Shown: one piece after another, positions 40,369 through 49,565 of the stretch | Numbering within the stretch: the first letter of the stretch is position 1 | Layout: each line of letters starts with the position of its first letter | Source: Candidatus Melainabacteria bacterium | GTDB lineage: Bacteria > Cyanobacteriota > Vampirovibrionia > Obscuribacterales > Obscuribacteraceae | Direction: 5' to 3' | DNA length: 64,000 nucleotides | Assembly (NCBI GenBank): GCA_017307165.1 | Contig: JAFKGK010000013.1 | Location: 14,520 to 78,519 of the forward strand | Translations under genes and position numbers: made by a program | The notes under the pieces: model-generated | Databases searched by the model: none | What the model was told of the DNA's origin: nothing | What the model saw: the letters and a program-made list of their open reading frames with translations, nothing else

Positions 40369-40838
40369 CATCTGCTGCATTCCTTCTTGCCTATGCTGAC
40401 CGGCACCGCTTCCGGCATTGGAGCGCAGCAAGCCGAGTTGGTTTGTGTTGTAAAATCGGCGTCTTCGCCATAGGTTGTGGCGCTATCGGTCGTGTAGAAG
40501 CTTTCCCAGGCAATGCCTTGAGGATCGTGTACCCACGCTTTATCCGCTTTGGCGTAACAGCAAGTAGTTTGTTCTTGCTCAAGAATTGGCTGTTGAGCCT
40601 GTTTGAGTCGTACTGAAATTTCCTTGAGCGCTTCGCCGTCGTCAACTTGAATGCCCAAATGGTCGAGCCCTGGCTCTCTTCCGCGAGTAGAGATGGCAAA
40701 GTTTATGCGAGGATCATCAAGCATCCATTTGGCATAGTCTTCCTTCTTGACGGTTGGCGGCACATCAAAAAAGGTTGAGTAGAACTGTATCGACTGCTCT
40801 AAGTCAGCCACTGCAACATGAACATGGAACCTTTTCAT
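40368..40838 (-). CDS. VOC/glyoxalase-fold protein, ArsI/CadI-like (vicinal cysteine pair)
   Basis: MKRFHVHVAVADLEQSIQFYSTFF and TTCCYAKADKAWVHDPQGIAWESFYT resemble the ArsI C-As lyase As(III)-binding region. It has a second CC (NSACCAPMPE) near the C-terminus. Confidence 0.6.
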   Translation of the reverse strand: MKRFHVHVAVADLEQSIQFYSTFFDVPPTVKKEDYAKWMLDDPRINFAISTRGREPGLDHLGIQVDDGEALKEISVRLKQAQQPILEQEQTTCCYAKADKAWVHDPQGIAWESFYTTDSATTYGEDADFTTQTNSACCAPMPEAVPVSIGKKECSR

Positions 40839-41191
40839 TAACACTTTCCTCCATTGTCGGCACAACAGTTTTCCATCAAGAACCCGAGTAGCTCTTGCAT
40901 GTGACCGTAATTTGCCGCGTATATAATTGACCGGCTCTCGCGCCTGGATGCTATCAAACCTGCATTACTCAGCTCTTTTAGGTGGAATGACATAGTTGCC
41001 GGTGGCATTGAGAAATGATCGCTCAATTCCCCAGCAGCCATACCGGTTGCACCTTTGCGGACCAATAGCCTGAAGATATCCAAGCGTGATTCTTGCGCTA
41101 AAGCCCCAAGGGCCTTAACTGCGTCGTTTGTTTTCATATTTCCAGAATAATCGAAGGGTTGCGATAAGTCAAGCCTCCAGAATTTTTGCAA
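40838..41191 (-). CDS. arsR: ArsR/SmtB-family repressor with C-terminal CC-x6-C arsenite site
   Basis: It has a wHTH (LAQESRLDIFRLLVRKGATGMAAGELSDHF) and ends ENCCADNGGKC, like C-terminal-site (AfArsR-type) ArsR. The start is ambiguous: TTG at 41191 or ATG at 41137. Confidence 0.75.
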   Translation of the reverse strand: MQKFWRLDLSQPFDYSGNMKTNDAVKALGALAQESRLDIFRLLVRKGATGMAAGELSDHFSMPPATMSFHLKELSNAGLIASRRESRSIIYAANYGHMQELLGFLMENCCADNGGKC

Positions 41192-41197
41192 CAGAGC

Positions 41198-41503
41198 CTA
41201 TTTTTGAGTGCCCAGATCCGCATACATAAGCAACCCACCTTTTTTGATGACTCTCTTAGTGCGTCTGTCCACCGCACTCATAATTGATTTAACATTGTCG
41301 CAACGAAGTTCTATTGGCGCATTCTTCGCGAGTTTAACCTGCCTGATTTCACTACCATTTATTTCATGACCTAGAGCTAAATCCTGAGTAGCTTGAGTAC
41401 CCATGTAATCCCAGTCAATTTCTTCATGCGAAGTTAGATAAAATCCGATGATTGTTAAACCAAGGCAAACTCCACCAATAATTAGCAATCTACCGGGTTT
41501 CAT
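41198..41503 (-). CDS. Small single-TM protein of unknown function
   Basis: A 101-aa protein (MKPGRLLIIGGVCLGLTIIGFYL...) immediately upstream of arsR on the same strand. Confidence 0.35.
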   Translation of the reverse strand: MKPGRLLIIGGVCLGLTIIGFYLTSHEEIDWDYMGTQATQDLALGHEINGSEIRQVKLAKNAPIELRCDNVKSIMSAVDRRTKRVIKKGGLLMYADLGTQK

Positions 41504-41585
41504 TACTGCTACCTCTACCCTCATAATCTACAAACTAAGATTAGCTTTTCAAAAAAACAATACGTAACTCACGGACAGTTTTATC

Positions 41586-42082
41586 TGCGCGAGCAGACAT
41601 AGAAGGGAGGGCAGTTCATTTTCTTGCTCGCAACTATGTACGACACCTTGCCGATTACATCTAAGAAAGCAGGCACAGAAGGGAGGGCAGTTCATTTTCT
41701 TGCTCGCGTCTACGCACACCACCTTGCCGATTTCATCTAAGAGGGCAGGCATAGAAGGGAGGGCAGATCATTTTCTCGCTTGCGTTAACGCACACCACCT
41801 TGCCGATTACATCTGAGAGGGCAGGCATAGAGGGGAGGGCAAATGTTTTTCTTGCTTGCGTCAACGCACACCACCTTGCCGATTACATCTAAGAGAGCAG
41901 GCATAGAAGGGAGGGCAGTTGATTTTCTCGCTTGCGTCAACGCACACCACCTTGCCGATTACATCTGAGAGGGCAGGCATAGAAGGGAGGGCAGTTGATT
42001 TTCTCGCTTGCGGCAGCGCACACCACCTTGCCGATTACATCTAAGAGAGCAGGCATAGAAAGGAGGGCAGTTGCTTTTCTGC
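41586..42082. repeat. Tandem repeat array, 76-bp unit x about 6.5 copies
   Basis: The anchor gattacatct recurs at 41653, 41729, 41805, 41881, 41957 and 42033, an exact 76-bp period. Units are about 90-95% identical, with the consensus gcaggcatagaagggagggcagttgattttctcgcttgcgtcaacgcacaccaccttgccgattacatctaagaga. There are no unique spacers. The period is not a multiple of 3. Confidence 0.9.
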
Positions 42083-42309
42083 TATCTCTGCACTCATATG
42101 CGATTCTCTGTTCGCAATAAAGCCAAAGCCAGTGCGATCTCAGCCCTATCTCTGCTCTATGCATTTAAGCCGCAGATGAATGCATTGGGGGTTGAGCGGC
42201 CCTTTGCGTCAGCACCGGGGCCGCGATCCCTCAATACATTCATCACCCCAGCTAAAAGACTCTAGACAAAGATAGTCTGCTAGATACGAGATGGCTCTTT
42301 AATGCGAGA

Positions 42310-43227
42310 TCAAAGCCCCTGTCTCTTCAACTGCTTATCGACAATCTCCGCCTGCGCCGCCAATCTCGCAAAGCTTGCATAATCGACTTTGCCGCGCACT
42401 TTTTCCATATGATCGGTCAGTGCAGCCTTGTGCTTGACCAGTTTGTCCATCTTGTCGTTTTTGATCCAGTTCTTGAGCGATCTTTGAGCTGCGCGCTCAT
42501 CCCACGATTTTTCCATCCCCTGAAAAATCTTGGCTCTCACTTTGTCACCCACGCGACCCTTGTCGCTGCCATTAGCCTGCTTTTTGAGACCATACTTGAG
42601 ATAGCTGGTATCGGCCGCTTCGCTCGACTTAAAGGGCTTGATCGGTCCCAGAGACTCGAGTTTCTTTTTCTCTTTTTCTTTGAGCGCATTATTGATCGCC
42701 GCATCAGCTCTTGCCGCAGCCAGTGCCGAGGTCTTAGCGTCCATGTGCTTGTTAAACTGGCCTTCCTTAGCTTGCTTCATCTCATCCATGACCGAAAACG
42801 CCGCACCCATGCCCAGGAGAAATAGCGGGCTGAACATCGCAGCACCCAAAAATCCAAACTTGTCGCGAGTCGACATTTCGTCGGCGACTTTCATTTTGCG
42901 CAGGTCTTCCATGGTCATATGACCAAAGAGCTCGGGGTATTTGTGCTGCAGAGTACCGAGCTGCTTGATGGCTTCTTCGGGGCTCATCACCGAGATATTG
43001 CCGATCTCCTGCATGGCGGCACGTTGCTTGTCTTCAAAGGTTTCTGGTTTAGCGACAGACTCGCTGGCCTGCACAGCCTCGGTGGCGGCAGTCTCGTGTC
43101 CTGAGGTCAGAGCTCTAAAATCCAGCCTTGCGCCCAGGTTTTCGCCTGCACCGGTCCCTGCGTCGCGACCAAAGGCAAACTGAGATTTTTCGGGGCTGGG
43201 ATTAGGATTAAAGTTCAAGATAGACAC
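42310..43227 (-). CDS. Hypothetical bitopic membrane protein (single central TM, K/E-rich C-terminal half)
   Basis: A 305-aa protein with a TM segment FGFLGAAMFSPLFLLGMGAAFSV near residue 130. I recognise no family. Confidence 0.4.
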   Translation of the reverse strand: MSILNFNPNPSPEKSQFAFGRDAGTGAGENLGARLDFRALTSGHETAATEAVQASESVAKPETFEDKQRAAMQEIGNISVMSPEEAIKQLGTLQHKYPELFGHMTMEDLRKMKVADEMSTRDKFGFLGAAMFSPLFLLGMGAAFSVMDEMKQAKEGQFNKHMDAKTSALAAARADAAINNALKEKEKKKLESLGPIKPFKSSEAADTSYLKYGLKKQANGSDKGRVGDKVRAKIFQGMEKSWDERAAQRSLKNWIKNDKMDKLVKHKAALTDHMEKVRGKVDYASFARLAAQAEIVDKQLKRQGL

Positions 43228-43310
43228 CCGTGCAGGACATGATCAAAATTTAAGCCCTACACGCTCCGCTGTCGATGGTGAAAATCCCATCTTGATATCA
43301 AAAAGCTTGC

Positions 43311-44282
43311 CTAACGCGACCGCAAAAACGAGATCGTCTCATTGTCGGTTAGCCAGTACATATAACCCAGAACGCCCGTCAGGACAAAATACGCCAGGCC
43401 GATCAGCACTTTTTCGCCGGTCGTCGCCTCCCTGATATCGCCATATCCGGCCTCATGGACGATCCCGGGCCCTGCAGGTGCGCTGCCGGCTGGCTCATCT
43501 TTAGTTTCTTTGCGACCAGCGCCGCCACCGATGCCCCTCATCAAACGCTCCGCATCACTCTCCTGCCTTTTCTCCTTATTTTTCATATGGCTGATCAATT
43601 GAGAAACGGTGATGAAAGTGGCGATGATGCCGATAATGATGAGAAATGCAGAATGGAGATAGGCGGCCATGGCAAAGAGTATGCCCAGACCCGGCACCAT
43701 CAGCCAGGGACTGATCGCACCCAGCACGGCGCCGCCATCAAAGGGGCGCACCGGGATCAACTGGATGAGATTGAGGAAACAGCCAAAATGCCCGGCAGCC
43801 ATTAGGAGCGGCATTTGCCAGACCACGCCCATGTAAAAGAAAGCAATAGAGGTCACCCCACCCACAAGCGGTCCCCCGATCGAATACCAGGCGATCGATG
43901 TCTGATCCTTGGGCAAAAGGGTCACGCGCGTGGAAGCGCCGACAAAGGGGATGATCATGCCCAGTTGCGGTTTGAGACCCATGGCTTGCATAAAGATAAA
44001 ATGCCCCATCTCATGGATGATGATCACGCCGACTACGACCAGGGCAAAGATAGGACCAAAAAAGGCCCAGTACACACCAATGGCCACAAAGATGCTGGCC
44101 AAAGATTTGAGTAGCCAGGCAAATTTGAGAAAGCTCAGGCCTTTGAGAGCAATAAGTATCGCTGTCTTAAACTTGAACAGAGCGATGCCAAGCACACCCA
44201 AACCGCCCAATAAGGCTTTTTTGCCAGTTTCGTCCTTTTGCTCGCTCATTGATTTACTCTCAAAAAACTCGGGTTTTATCAA
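43311..44282 (-). CDS. M50-family (site-2 protease-like) intramembrane zinc metalloprotease
   Basis: It has HExxH within a TM segment (VIIIHEMGHFIFMQAMG), an LDG-type motif (VRPFDGGAVLG) and multiple TM segments. Confidence 0.7.
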   Translation of the reverse strand: MIKPEFFESKSMSEQKDETGKKALLGGLGVLGIALFKFKTAILIALKGLSFLKFAWLLKSLASIFVAIGVYWAFFGPIFALVVVGVIIIHEMGHFIFMQAMGLKPQLGMIIPFVGASTRVTLLPKDQTSIAWYSIGGPLVGGVTSIAFFYMGVVWQMPLLMAAGHFGCFLNLIQLIPVRPFDGGAVLGAISPWLMVPGLGILFAMAAYLHSAFLIIIGIIATFITVSQLISHMKNKEKRQESDAERLMRGIGGGAGRKETKDEPAGSAPAGPGIVHEAGYGDIREATTGEKVLIGLAYFVLTGVLGYMYWLTDNETISFLRSR

Positions 44283-44411
44283 AGCTTACACCCAGTCTTC
44301 TATAATTAAACCCGCTCGATGCGAGCGAACAAAAGGCAAAGTGTTGGATCAGGAGCAATTGTTTGCCGAGCGCAGTTAGTCTTTTGACACGGGAAACAAA
44401 TAGTAAAAGAG

Positions 44412-45227
44412 ATGACCGAGAGCCTGCCCAAGCAAAATAATAATCCGCTGACAGCGCCTTTTCGATTTATCGAGGAGCAGGCCACTGTAGGCGTGCAACT
44501 CATCGGTCAGGTCTGCCTGCTGTTTGTCAAAACGCTCTGGTATATCCTCAGACTCGATCTAGACTGGCGCGAGACCTTTCGCCAGGCTTATATGATCGGC
44601 TGGAAGTCATTTTGGGTCGTACTCATCACCGCCATTTTTACTGGTTTTGCCATGTCGCTGCAGATCTCGCGCGAGCTGGTCGGCTTTGGTGCTGATACTG
44701 CCATTGGTGGCGTGGTATCCCTCGCGCTTATTCGCGAGATCGGTCCCATCACTGCCGGAGTTATGGTCGCTGGTCGCGTCGGCTCCTCTATCGCCGCCGA
44801 GCTCACCACCATGATGGTCACAGAGCAGATCGACGCTCTCAAAGTCATGCGCGTCGACCCAGTGCGCTTTCTCGTCGTGCCTCGCTATGCCGCGGCCCTC
44901 GTGATGATCCCCACTCTTTCCACCTATGCCATGTTTGTCGGCCTCCTGGCCGGCATTATCATCGCCAAGAGTGCCGCCAATTTGCCCCCCGAGACATTTC
45001 TCGACTCAGTCAGGCAGACCATCCTCGATCGTGACTTTGCCGTGCACTACCTCAAGTCAGCGATCAATGCCACCATCATCATATTTTTCTCTTGCGCCAT
45101 CGGCCTCAATACCAGGGGTGGTGCCGAGGATGTAGGCATCGCCACCACACGCGCTATCGTCTGGACGATGACCGCGATCTTTATCTTCAATTTTATCGTT
45201 ACTTCTCTCACATACGCACCGCGCTGA
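44412..45227 (+). CDS. mlaE: Phospholipid ABC transporter permease MlaE
   Basis: It has the MlaE/YrbE permease blocks (ELVGFGADTAIGGVVSLALIREIGPITAGVMVAGRVGSSIAAELTTMMVTEQIDALKVM). Confidence 0.8.
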   Translation: MTESLPKQNNNPLTAPFRFIEEQATVGVQLIGQVCLLFVKTLWYILRLDLDWRETFRQAYMIGWKSFWVVLITAIFTGFAMSLQISRELVGFGADTAIGGVVSLALIREIGPITAGVMVAGRVGSSIAAELTTMMVTEQIDALKVMRVDPVRFLVVPRYAAALVMIPTLSTYAMFVGLLAGIIIAKSAANLPPETFLDSVRQTILDRDFAVHYLKSAINATIIIFFSCAIGLNTRGGAEDVGIATTRAIVWTMTAIFIFNFIVTSLTYAPR

Positions 45228-45238
45228 GGCAGAGAGAA

Positions 45239-45997
45239 ATGCAAGAAAATAATGCGGATATAAAGAAGAGAAATATAAGGGATCAAGAGCCGATCCTGGA
45301 ATTGAGAGATGTCTACAAGTCATTTGGCGATAGACAGATCCTCAAGGGCGTCTCCTTTAAAGTGTACGCCGGCGAGATGCTGGGTCTAATCGGGCCTTCG
45401 GGCTGCGGCAAATCCACCATTTTTAAGATCATCTGCGGGCTGCTGGAGCCTGATTCTGGCGAGGTGATCCTGCGCAGCAACGATATCGGCCTGGTTTTTC
45501 AGGGCTCTGCTCTCCTCAACAGCCTCAGCGTGCGCGACAATCTCGCCCTGGCGCTCGAAAGACGCAAGCTCAGCCGCAAGGACGAGGACGAGATCATCCA
45601 GCAAAAGCTTTCTCTGGTAGGTCTTGGCGATTACATGCAATCATTTCCCACCCAGCTCTCCGGCGGTCAGCAAAAACGCACCAGCTTTGCACGCGCCATT
45701 GTCGACGACCCCAAGATCATTCTTTACGACGAGCCCACCACTGGTCTCGATCCTGTTATGTCCACCGTCATCGAGGACTACATGAGCGAGCTGTCCAACA
45801 AGCTCGACGCCGCCTCCATCGTCGTCACGCACCAGCACTCGACCTGGACACGCACAGCCGACCGCGTCATCTTGATGTACTCCGGCAAGATCGTCTGGGA
45901 AGGCTCAGCCGAACAAGGCATGCATTCGGATAACCCCTATATGAAACAGTTTGCCTCCGCCTCGCGCGAAGGTCCGATGCTCGCGGGCGTCGTTTAG
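45239..45997 (+). CDS. mlaF: Phospholipid ABC transporter ATPase MlaF
   Basis: It has a Walker A (GPSGCGKST), an ABC signature (LSGGQQKRTSFARA) and a Walker B (ILYDEPTTGLD). Confidence 0.85.
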   Translation: MQENNADIKKRNIRDQEPILELRDVYKSFGDRQILKGVSFKVYAGEMLGLIGPSGCGKSTIFKIICGLLEPDSGEVILRSNDIGLVFQGSALLNSLSVRDNLALALERRKLSRKDEDEIIQQKLSLVGLGDYMQSFPTQLSGGQQKRTSFARAIVDDPKIILYDEPTTGLDPVMSTVIEDYMSELSNKLDAASIVVTHQHSTWTRTADRVILMYSGKIVWEGSAEQGMHSDNPYMKQFASASREGPMLAGVV

Positions 45998-46015
45998 ATC
46001 GAATAGAGAGAGACC

Positions 46016-47371
46016 ATGAACAATAAACCGAGTTACGAAATCAGAGTAGGATTATTTTTCTTGACGGCAGTGTGCATGCTGACGTCCGGTTGGTCCTGGC
46101 TCAAGAGTGCTTCTCTCTTTCATCCGCCGCAGAGATTTGTCGTCACCTTTAAAGACGTGGCCGGCCTCAATAACAATGCCCCGGTCAATATCAACGGCGT
46201 CCGTGTCGGGTCGGTCGAAAACATCGACCTGATGGGCAAGGGCCAGGTCGCCGTCCATCTCAAGATATCCAGTGAAGAAATCACCATCCCCCATGGCTCA
46301 GCGATCACCATCCAGACTCTCGGTCTGGTCGGCGCAAAATACATCGAGATCACTCTGCCCGATACCTCTACCAAAAACGACGACATCAAGCCAGGAGAGA
46401 CCGTAGTCGGCCAGGACCCCGTCAGACTCGAGCTCATCGCCAACAAGATCGCCACCAAGCTCAGTGGCTTTGTCAACTCTCTCGGCTCCGAGGATGTCGG
46501 CCCCAGTCTCGCTGATGCGCTCAAGCACTCGGGCGAAGCAGTCAACAACATCAACTCAGCAGCCAAAAAGCTCAACAACAATATGGATAAGATGAGCGTG
46601 GCGACCGAATCATTTACCACTACGTCCAACAAGATCGGCGCCTTTGCCGACGACATTCGCGGCACTGGTGCAAATGCCAAGCAGTTTTTTACCAATGCCT
46701 CATCCCTCGCAGTCGATCTCAAGCGTACTTCGGGTAGCCTCAATCGCATGCTAGGCAACCCCAATCTTTCTGGCGATCTGCGCGGCACAGCCGAGCTGGC
46801 CAAGCAGACCGTGGACAATCTCCGCGGCACGGTGCACGAGCTCAACGACACGCTCAAGGATCCTCAAATACGCGCCGACGTCAATGCCATGCTCGCTCGT
46901 CTCAATACCTCGACCGAGCATGTGAGGCAATCGATCGAACGTGCAGACAAGCTTGCAAAAGACCAAAAGCTGCGCACAGACATCGTCGATGCCACCAGCA
47001 ATCTGCGCGACTCGCTCAACAAGCTCAACAATATAGTGCAAGACGCAGGCTTCAAAGACGACCTCAAGGCCACCATGGGCAAGGTCAAATCAGCCGCTAC
47101 CAGCGTAGATATCGCCGCCAATCGACTCAATCAAGCCATCGACAAGCCGCCATTTTTTCTCAAGCTATTGATTGGCAAACCCAAAAAATCAGGCGAGCCG
47201 CAAGAGATAAAAGTAGAGGCAAAAAATGCCGATGGCACCAAGGCCGATGTCAAAATCAAAAAATCAGATAGCAAATCCGGCGACAAGTCAGGCGACGACC
47301 AAAAAGATAAAGATGGAGATCAGGACCAAAAGACAGGCGTAGCCGGTAACGCCGAAGTGGAGATCAAATAA
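46016..47371 (+). CDS. mlaD: MCE-domain protein MlaD with long coiled C-terminal extension and K/D-rich tail
   Basis: It has an N-terminal TM segment and an MCE domain (FKDVAGLNNNAPVNINGVRVGSVENIDL), followed by a long helical region. Confidence 0.75.
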   Translation: MNNKPSYEIRVGLFFLTAVCMLTSGWSWLKSASLFHPPQRFVVTFKDVAGLNNNAPVNINGVRVGSVENIDLMGKGQVAVHLKISSEEITIPHGSAITIQTLGLVGAKYIEITLPDTSTKNDDIKPGETVVGQDPVRLELIANKIATKLSGFVNSLGSEDVGPSLADALKHSGEAVNNINSAAKKLNNNMDKMSVATESFTTTSNKIGAFADDIRGTGANAKQFFTNASSLAVDLKRTSGSLNRMLGNPNLSGDLRGTAELAKQTVDNLRGTVHELNDTLKDPQIRADVNAMLARLNTSTEHVRQSIERADKLAKDQKLRTDIVDATSNLRDSLNKLNNIVQDAGFKDDLKATMGKVKSAATSVDIAANRLNQAIDKPPFFLKLLIGKPKKSGEPQEIKVEAKNADGTKADVKIKKSDSKSGDKSGDDQKDKDGDQDQKTGVAGNAEVEIK

Positions 47372-48816
47372 TGCCCTGGGAATCAGTAATCGGCCTGGAA
47401 GTGCACGCACAACTCAAGACCAAGACCAAGATCTTTTGTGGTTGTCCAACCGATTTTGGCATGGAGCCCAACGAGCAGATCTGCCCGGTCTGTATCGGCA
47501 TGCCTGGAGTCCTGCCCGTGCTCAATCGCGAGGCAGTCGAGCTTGCTATCCGTACTGGTCTCGCGCTCAATTGCGAGATAGCTGCCGATTGCAGGTTTGA
47601 TCGCAAAAACTATTTTTATGCCGACCTGCCCAAGGGCTACCAGATCTCCCAATTTGAATTGCCCATCTGCAAAGAAGGCCACCTCGACATCACCGGCAAG
47701 ACCGTGCGCATCCAGCGCGCCCACCTCGAAGAAGACGCCGGCAAGCTAGTCCACGCAGGCGCAGACGGTCTGCACGGATCGGAGTATTCGCTCGCCGATT
47801 ACAATCGCTCGTCCATGCCTTTGCTGGAGATCGTCAGCCAGCCGGACATCGAGACGCCGGAGCAGGCTCGCGAGTATCTCACCAATCTCCGCAATATACT
47901 CCGCTACGTCGAGACTTGCGATGGCAACCTCGAAGAAGGCAGTTTTAGATGCGATGCCAATGTCTCGATCCGTCCCAAAGGCGAGACCAAGCTGGGCACG
48001 CGCACCGAAATCAAAAACATGAATAGCTTTAAGGCTGTCCAGCGCGCTATCCAGAGCGAGATCGAGAGGCAGATCGCCCTGGTCGAGAGCGGCGGAACGG
48101 TCGTGCAAGAGACCAGGCTCTGGGATGATAATACCGGCAAGACTTTTACCATGCGCTCAAAAGAAGACGCGCATGACTACAGATATTTTCCCGAGCCCGA
48201 CCTCATGCCTTTGCAGATCGATCGCGAGTGGGTCGAACGTGTCAGGCAAACCCTGCCCGAGTTGCCCAACGCTCGTCGCGAAAGGTATATGAGCCAATTT
48301 GGCCTCACAGCGGAGTCGGCCACGATACTTTCAGAGACGAGAGAAATGGCGGAGTTTTTTGAAGCCACCCTCAAAGCAGGGGCGGAGTCGGCAGTAGCCG
48401 AAGCAGCCAAATATCTCGTCGGCCCCATCACGGCCTACCTCAATGACAAAAAGCTCGACCCCAGCCAGATCGCGCTGACCCCCGACCATTTTGCCAAGCT
48501 CATCGTTGCCGAAAAATCAGGCACAATCGGTTCGACAACCTCAAAGCAGCTCCTGCCCGAGCTCCTCGAAAAGGGCGGCGATCCAGCAGTCATAATCAAA
48601 GAGCGCAATCTAGCCCAGATCTCCGACCCGGCTGTGATCAAGGGCTGGATCCAGGATGTCTTTGCACGCAGCGAGAGCCAGCTCCAAGATTACAAAAACG
48701 GCAAGGTCAAACTGCGTCAGTATTTTGTCGGAGAGCTCATGAAACTAGCCAAAGGCAAGGCAAACACGCAAGTGATGAATCAATTGCTGGACGAGATGCT
48801 GCCCACGCCCCAATAA
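47371..48816 (+). CDS. gatB: Asp-tRNA(Asn)/Glu-tRNA(Gln) amidotransferase subunit B
   Basis: MPWESVIGLEVHAQLKTKTKIFCGC..PVCIGMPGVLPVLN is the GatB N-terminus. Its start overlaps the mlaD stop (TAATG). Confidence 0.9.
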   Translation: MPWESVIGLEVHAQLKTKTKIFCGCPTDFGMEPNEQICPVCIGMPGVLPVLNREAVELAIRTGLALNCEIAADCRFDRKNYFYADLPKGYQISQFELPICKEGHLDITGKTVRIQRAHLEEDAGKLVHAGADGLHGSEYSLADYNRSSMPLLEIVSQPDIETPEQAREYLTNLRNILRYVETCDGNLEEGSFRCDANVSIRPKGETKLGTRTEIKNMNSFKAVQRAIQSEIERQIALVESGGTVVQETRLWDDNTGKTFTMRSKEDAHDYRYFPEPDLMPLQIDREWVERVRQTLPELPNARRERYMSQFGLTAESATILSETREMAEFFEATLKAGAESAVAEAAKYLVGPITAYLNDKKLDPSQIALTPDHFAKLIVAEKSGTIGSTTSKQLLPELLEKGGDPAVIIKERNLAQISDPAVIKGWIQDVFARSESQLQDYKNGKVKLRQYFVGELMKLAKGKANTQVMNQLLDEMLPTPQ

Positions 48817-48835
48817 CGTGGTAAGAAATAGGGGT

Positions 48836-49549
48836 ATGAACACAAACAGAGCGACCCCGCCATTTTTTGCCTTACTGACTCTTGCAGGTCTCGTAACGGC
48901 CCTGGCCTCACCGATTGCATCGCAGGCCTATGATTTTGCGGGCTATTACGTGCCGGCGCCGAGACAATCGGCATTTCGTCCTGATGCAGTCTATTCGCCG
49001 GTAGGCATGGGCACTGTGACCTCACGCGGGGGTTTTCGCGTGCATCCTGTGACTGGTCGCGGCGACTTTCACAATGGGGTGGACCTGGCAGCCAAGCTAA
49101 ATGAGCCGGTGTATTGCCTCCTGGACGGCATCGTGACGCGGGTCGGCAAGCGGGGCAATCTTGGCGTGGCCGTGGAGATCTATCATCCCTATCCCAATGT
49201 ACGCACGATCTGCGGGCACCTCAACGCTTATGCGGTGCGCCCTGGCGATATCGTGGCTCGCGGGCGAGTGATCGGCTATGCTGGCTCGACCGGTCGTTCG
49301 ACTGGGGTGCACGTGCACTATACGGTCGTCAAAGAGGACACCAATGAGTACATCGAGCCCTACCAATTTATAAAAGCTGTCCCAAACTATGTGGCGGCTA
49401 TCAACTCGGCCGAGGGCCGCTTTGCCTATGCGCAAAACATGCGGACCATGCCAAAGTTTGATCGCAAACTCATCGATACCGATACCGAAGACCTGCCAGC
49501 CCAACCACCTAAGCGCGAAGGCTCGCCACCGGCGAGCCTCGAGCCTTGA
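48836..49549 (+). CDS. M23-family metallopeptidase (secreted)
   Basis: It has a signal peptide and the M23 motifs HNGVDLAA and GSTGRSTGVHVHYTV. The start was chosen at ATG 48836, inside the GTG-initiated track ORF. Confidence 0.75.
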   Translation: MNTNRATPPFFALLTLAGLVTALASPIASQAYDFAGYYVPAPRQSAFRPDAVYSPVGMGTVTSRGGFRVHPVTGRGDFHNGVDLAAKLNEPVYCLLDGIVTRVGKRGNLGVAVEIYHPYPNVRTICGHLNAYAVRPGDIVARGRVIGYAGSTGRSTGVHVHYTVVKEDTNEYIEPYQFIKAVPNYVAAINSAEGRFAYAQNMRTMPKFDRKLIDTDTEDLPAQPPKREGSPPASLEP

Positions 49550-49565
49550 TCCAAATAATCCGCGC

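Noticed and set aside
41549-42164. Small ORFs 41549..41752 and 41937..42164 (minus) with near-identical peptides; possible CRISPR array
   Set aside because: They lie inside the 76-bp tandem repeat. The period is not divisible by 3, so the peptide similarity is a repeat artefact. It is not CRISPR because the whole unit repeats with no unique spacers, and no cas genes are nearby.
47369-47373. mlaD stop overlapping the gatB start (TAATG) as evidence of a functional Mla-GatB operon
   Set aside because: Translational coupling by overlap is common between unrelated adjacent genes. There is no functional rationale, so it is noted only as gene packing.
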